A stretch of 64,000 bases of DNA. Origin: Anthoceros angustus (Eukaryota > Plantae > Anthocerotophyta). The DNA lies in the NCBI GenBank assembly GCA_010909165.1, contig MU008189.1:496001-560000 (forward strand). Reading direction: 5' to 3'. Made by a program: the position numbers and the translations under genes. A model generated the notes under the pieces. That model was not told the origin of the DNA and did no database searches. It saw only the letters and a list, made by a program, of their open reading frames with translations. Below are positions 60,533 through 64,000 of this stretch, piece by piece (position 1 is the stretch's first letter; every line of letters begins with the position of its first letter).

Positions 60533-61381
60533 ATGTCCTCCAGACTATCTGCCGCTGACATCAATGCGTTAGTAAACCGGTTGGGACAATTGACTCTACA
60601 ACCAATCCCACAAGCATCTGCCATGGCAACTTCCACTTCTAGTACCTCCTCTATACCAACGCGTTCGCCAGTTTTAAGGAGCGAGATAAGTTCAAGCGGT
60701 ACGGTACCCGATCACGTCGGGATGAGATCAACTCTGCTTGCTCGTGGAGTGTGGAGTGTTGTGGATGGTTCCAAGCGGGCGATCCATAGCGGTTACGCCT
60801 CCTGCGGTCGGTCGACCGGTGGGATCGACCGCGGCATCTCCATTGCCCTACTGATAGGGGGTCTCGATGCCGACTTGGTCCCTGACGTGGAATTCCTGAC
60901 AGATGCCTCCGCGATCTGGAGCCAACTTGAGAAGACATATCAAGTCAACAACATTCTCACCCTCTGTGCTGTTCGACAGGAGTTCTACGGGCTGAGAATG
61001 AGAGAGGGAGATAAAATGGCGACTCATACCAGCAAGTTTCGCCATCTTCGTGGGCAGCTCACCTCGCTGAGCGGCTCCAGTATGAACGACGTCGACGCTG
61101 TTGCACAGTTGCTCACCAGCCTTCCCCCTTCATACCAGCCTTTTGTGACCTCTCAAAATGGTCCCATTAGAACTGCTCAAGCCGCTGGTAGTGCTAACAC
61201 TCTATCTTTTGAAGAAGTCGTGGGTGCCTTATACCAGGAGGAGCAGAGTCGACTTTCTCACGCTGGTGTCCCTAAGGGCAAAACAGAGAAAGTATTAGCG
61301 GTGGCGGACCCCAAAAGGACTAATGGTAAAAGAGGAAGTCCTAGTCCTCGAACCTTTCCCATAACTACCTCGCACCAATGA
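60533..61381 (+). CDS. gag: Copia-type Gag (Retrotran_gag_2/UBN2-like), truncated at ~61308
   Basis: M..L...GVWSVVDG, AIWSQLEKTY, F..LRMREGD.M..H...F, QLLTSLPPSYQPFVTS, LSFEEVVGALYQEE. The last ~24 codons come from the duplicated CRE tail. Confidence 0.85.
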   Translation: MSSRLSAADINALVNRLGQLTLQPIPQASAMATSTSSTSSIPTRSPVLRSEISSSGTVPDHVGMRSTLLARGVWSVVDGSKRAIHSGYASCGRSTGGIDRGISIALLIGGLDADLVPDVEFLTDASAIWSQLEKTYQVNNILTLCAVRQEFYGLRMREGDKMATHTSKFRHLRGQLTSLSGSSMNDVDAVAQLLTSLPPSYQPFVTSQNGPIRTAQAAGSANTLSFEEVVGALYQEEQSRLSHAGVPKGKTEKVLAVADPKRTNGKRGSPSPRTFPITTSHQ

Positions 61382-64000
61382 TATCGTGATCGGGATGATG
61401 AAGGGCCTACACCGCCACGTGCTAAAGAAGCCGCTAGTCGTGCACGTGGCACACTGCTATAAAAGATTAGCTACGTAGGAGCTATGGAAACTCGCTTCGA
61501 AAGCCACTACAAAGGAAAAGGAGGCCTCTCCCATTCCTATGGCTATGATAGGCTTTGCACACTACTTAATTAACCTAGAAGTCCTTGCTGCCCAGAGGTT
61601 GATGGTGCTCGCATATGAAGTCTCTCTCTGGAATGACAACCACATCGATGTAAATTTTCTCCCACAGTATAAAAAGGTCCGCCTTGGGTGACACGCCATT
61701 ACGCAATGTATATGGGCTCCGAACTGTATTGAAAAATCCCTTAGGTATCAAAAATATGATGTCGCAAAGCGGCGTCATAAATATCGTTGCTCCCCAGGAC
61801 AATGCGCCAAATGGGACCCGGCGTCATCGATGGCGGCTCCACGCACGTGGAAAGAGAAAAGGCTAGAGGATGAGCCAAAGAGGTGGACCCTCATCGGTCG
61901 AAAAAGGCTGGTGCGATTCGAACGCCTAAATGCAAGGCGAGCCGAGCCGAGCCGCCCCTTCCCCAAGCGAGGGCGTGGGCGAGCTCAAGCGACTGTAAAT
62001 GGAGAGTCGGAAGGAGGGCCCTTTGCACCGAAAATATTGCTTCTCTGGAGAGGCTTGAAGGCCACGCATCCCTTCCCTAGAAGAGGAAAAGGAGGCATGG
62101 CTTCCTAGCCTCAAAATGGAGTCCCTAGCCCACCTCACGAGACCTACAGGGAAGGCCCCTCCTCATCACTCGAGAGAGGTTTCTAGAGTCCCATTAAAAG
62201 CAGGAGGCCAAAATTTGGGCGAGAGAGGGCCCAACTCCCGAGGAAGGCCGAGCCAAGGCCTCCATGGCGCAAACCCGGTGCCTCCGAAGGCTCACGCAAA
62301 TGATGCATTCAGCCAAGTCACCGTCGGTGCAGATTCAATTTATTGGGGCCTATGATGAAGTGCATAAGTTGCCTATCAAAATTTCTCAAGCTTGATAAGA
62401 AGGCGGGGATGGAGCAAGTCACGGTAAGATAACTCGGCCTTCACGAGCGGGAAGACAAAATACCAAACGCAACCTAAGGGTCCCCAATTTGTGAAAGATG
62501 TCCAATCCGAGCCACATCGCTCTTCTTGGAGAAATAATATCCCCTGGATAGTGAAGAGGGGTGGATTAAGGGACCACACTTATCGACCTTAACCCTTAAT
62601 CCCCATATGGGAGCTCTAAGGAGAATAGATCAAAGGCAGCCCACACCTTTCCCCCTAGCCTAAGGATATGGGTATCATCAGCGACAGATGGGAAAAGTGT
62701 TAGAGAAGATTTGGGTTAATCTACACTCGATGTACATGGGGTAGAACGTTTAAGGGTTAGATAGTGAAAGGTCACTTGTTAAATACATTTAAAAGCAGTT
62801 TTGACACTATTCTTAATTCAATCAGTTATTTGTTTTCCTCCTTCGCCTGGACTTTCTTATGGTATCGAGCCTAAGCTCGCCTTTGTGCAACCCTCTGCGC
62901 CATGCCGAGACGGATAATGCTCGTAAGGGGCTAGTCGAGTCGGAACATTTGCTAGCGGCCAATTAGAAACTTCTTTCACAGGGCCCCGAACTCGTTCGAC
63001 GAGACAAAGAATAGACCTCTGAAGCCAATTATCCCGAACTCGCTACGGCAATTTGAAGAGAAGCACTGGCGGCGAGGACCACGTCTGCACCTTGGCAAGT
63101 ATCACGAAATCGACACTCTATCGGGACCGTTGTAGGAGGCGAGGCCGTAATCCGGATTTGTTTTACAAGCGCGGATTTACCACCTCTGCCTTCATTCACG
63201 CCATCCAGACCATCCTCAACACCGAAGCAAGTAGCTATCTTCGGAAAAGCAGGCAATTGATCGAATTTGCGGTACCGGATCGACCCTTGCGTCAGAATCC
63301 GACTCGAGAATACTTTGTCTCGCGTGTTGCTTAACCAGGAGCTTCCCACAACTAAGGAGGTTGAAGTCTCCCATACTCTTCCGAGCCTGCGCACAGTGGA
63401 GATTGCTCAGAGCATCAAGGACGTAGCTGATTTCCTACGACAGATCAACCTCAGATTGCAGGAAACAGACGGTGGATGCTCTTAATCCCCATCCACAAGG
63501 CAGGACCTGGCTTCCTGAGCCAGCTTCCGCTGCCCCGGAGCATGGAGCGCAACGGATGGATGCTGCCAGTGGCGCTGATTCGAAGCGTCGCGATCTAGAG
63601 CGACGCCTCTTCGCGATTTCAGAGTCAGGCAGGCACGAAGAGTTTGCACCTCCGCATGCACCCTTTCACACCTAACCGGCATGGCAGCGAATTTGAGTTT
63701 GACAAATGTCGGACTGGCGTTTTGCATCTTGAGTGTCGCCACTGAGTCGGTTGATGAAGAGGTAGCACGGAAGGATCGGACACAAGCATACCTACTTCCC
63801 CTCGAGCAACCATCTTGTTCAAACTACTCCCGCATGTTAGATCTAATACTAACCTTCGGTCCTAGCTTGGTTGTTCGAGTCACGCAACTAGACATGCTTC
63901 GAGTGCGGACTTACCTCGAACTTAAACGTCATTCCTTTCATTTTCTCGAACTTGCATGTCCTCCAGACTATCTGCCGCTGACATCAATGCGTTAGTAAAC
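61309..64000 (+). repeat. Second, indel-rich tandem copy of 57691-60577 (CRE fragment + Copia LTR/PBS/extra ORFs)
   Basis: Colinear throughout from cccaaaaggactaatgg to gcgttagtaaac; about 195 nt shorter through many 1-4 nt indels. Confidence 0.95.

Larger units (their letters stand above)
59227..61308 (+). mobile_element. 5' part of Ty1/Copia LTR retrotransposon nested in the CRE element
   Basis: A short LTR-like segment (TGTTAG...TCTTA, 59227-59395) starts exactly where the CRE RT breaks off. It is followed by the Met-tRNA PBS, an extra ORF and Copia gag. Confidence 0.8.

Noticed and set aside
59396-61381. Endogenous caulimovirid/badnavirus
   Set aside because: The PBS and ORF layout are suggestive, but the third ORF is Copia Gag rather than a movement protein, and an LTR-like segment precedes the PBS.

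Overview
Eukaryotic nuclear DNA from a compact land-plant genome. Introns are short (mostly ~65-260 nt) and genes closely spaced, which fits a bryophyte such as a hornwort, but this assignment is inferred. Recognisable host genes are an RKF3-type receptor kinase, chloroplast rhodanese STR11, tomosyn/Lgl-like, a plastid xylose-proton-symporter-like sugar transporter, a group A (MKK6-like) MAPKK, a small LEA-like protein, a TauE/SafE transporter, NUB1, a histidine phosphatase, glycine cleavage T protein and ERD2. Accessory material: (1) a predicted ~1720-aa spliced coiled-coil/RING protein with a repetitive acidic tail carrying SUMO-interacting-motif-like sites; (2) a convergent non-coding unit with a TATA box and a pre-miRNA-like hairpin; (3) several fragments of a CRE-like non-LTR retrotransposon with a restriction-like endonuclease; (4) a decayed Ty3/Gypsy element; (5) an AT-rich, possibly Helitron island with an intact orphan ORF; (6) a Ty1/Copia element with extra ORF(s) between the PBS and gag. 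The last 2.7 kb repeats the preceding region with dense small indels and may be an unpolished-assembly artefact. All homology calls are from motif recognition; no database search was run.
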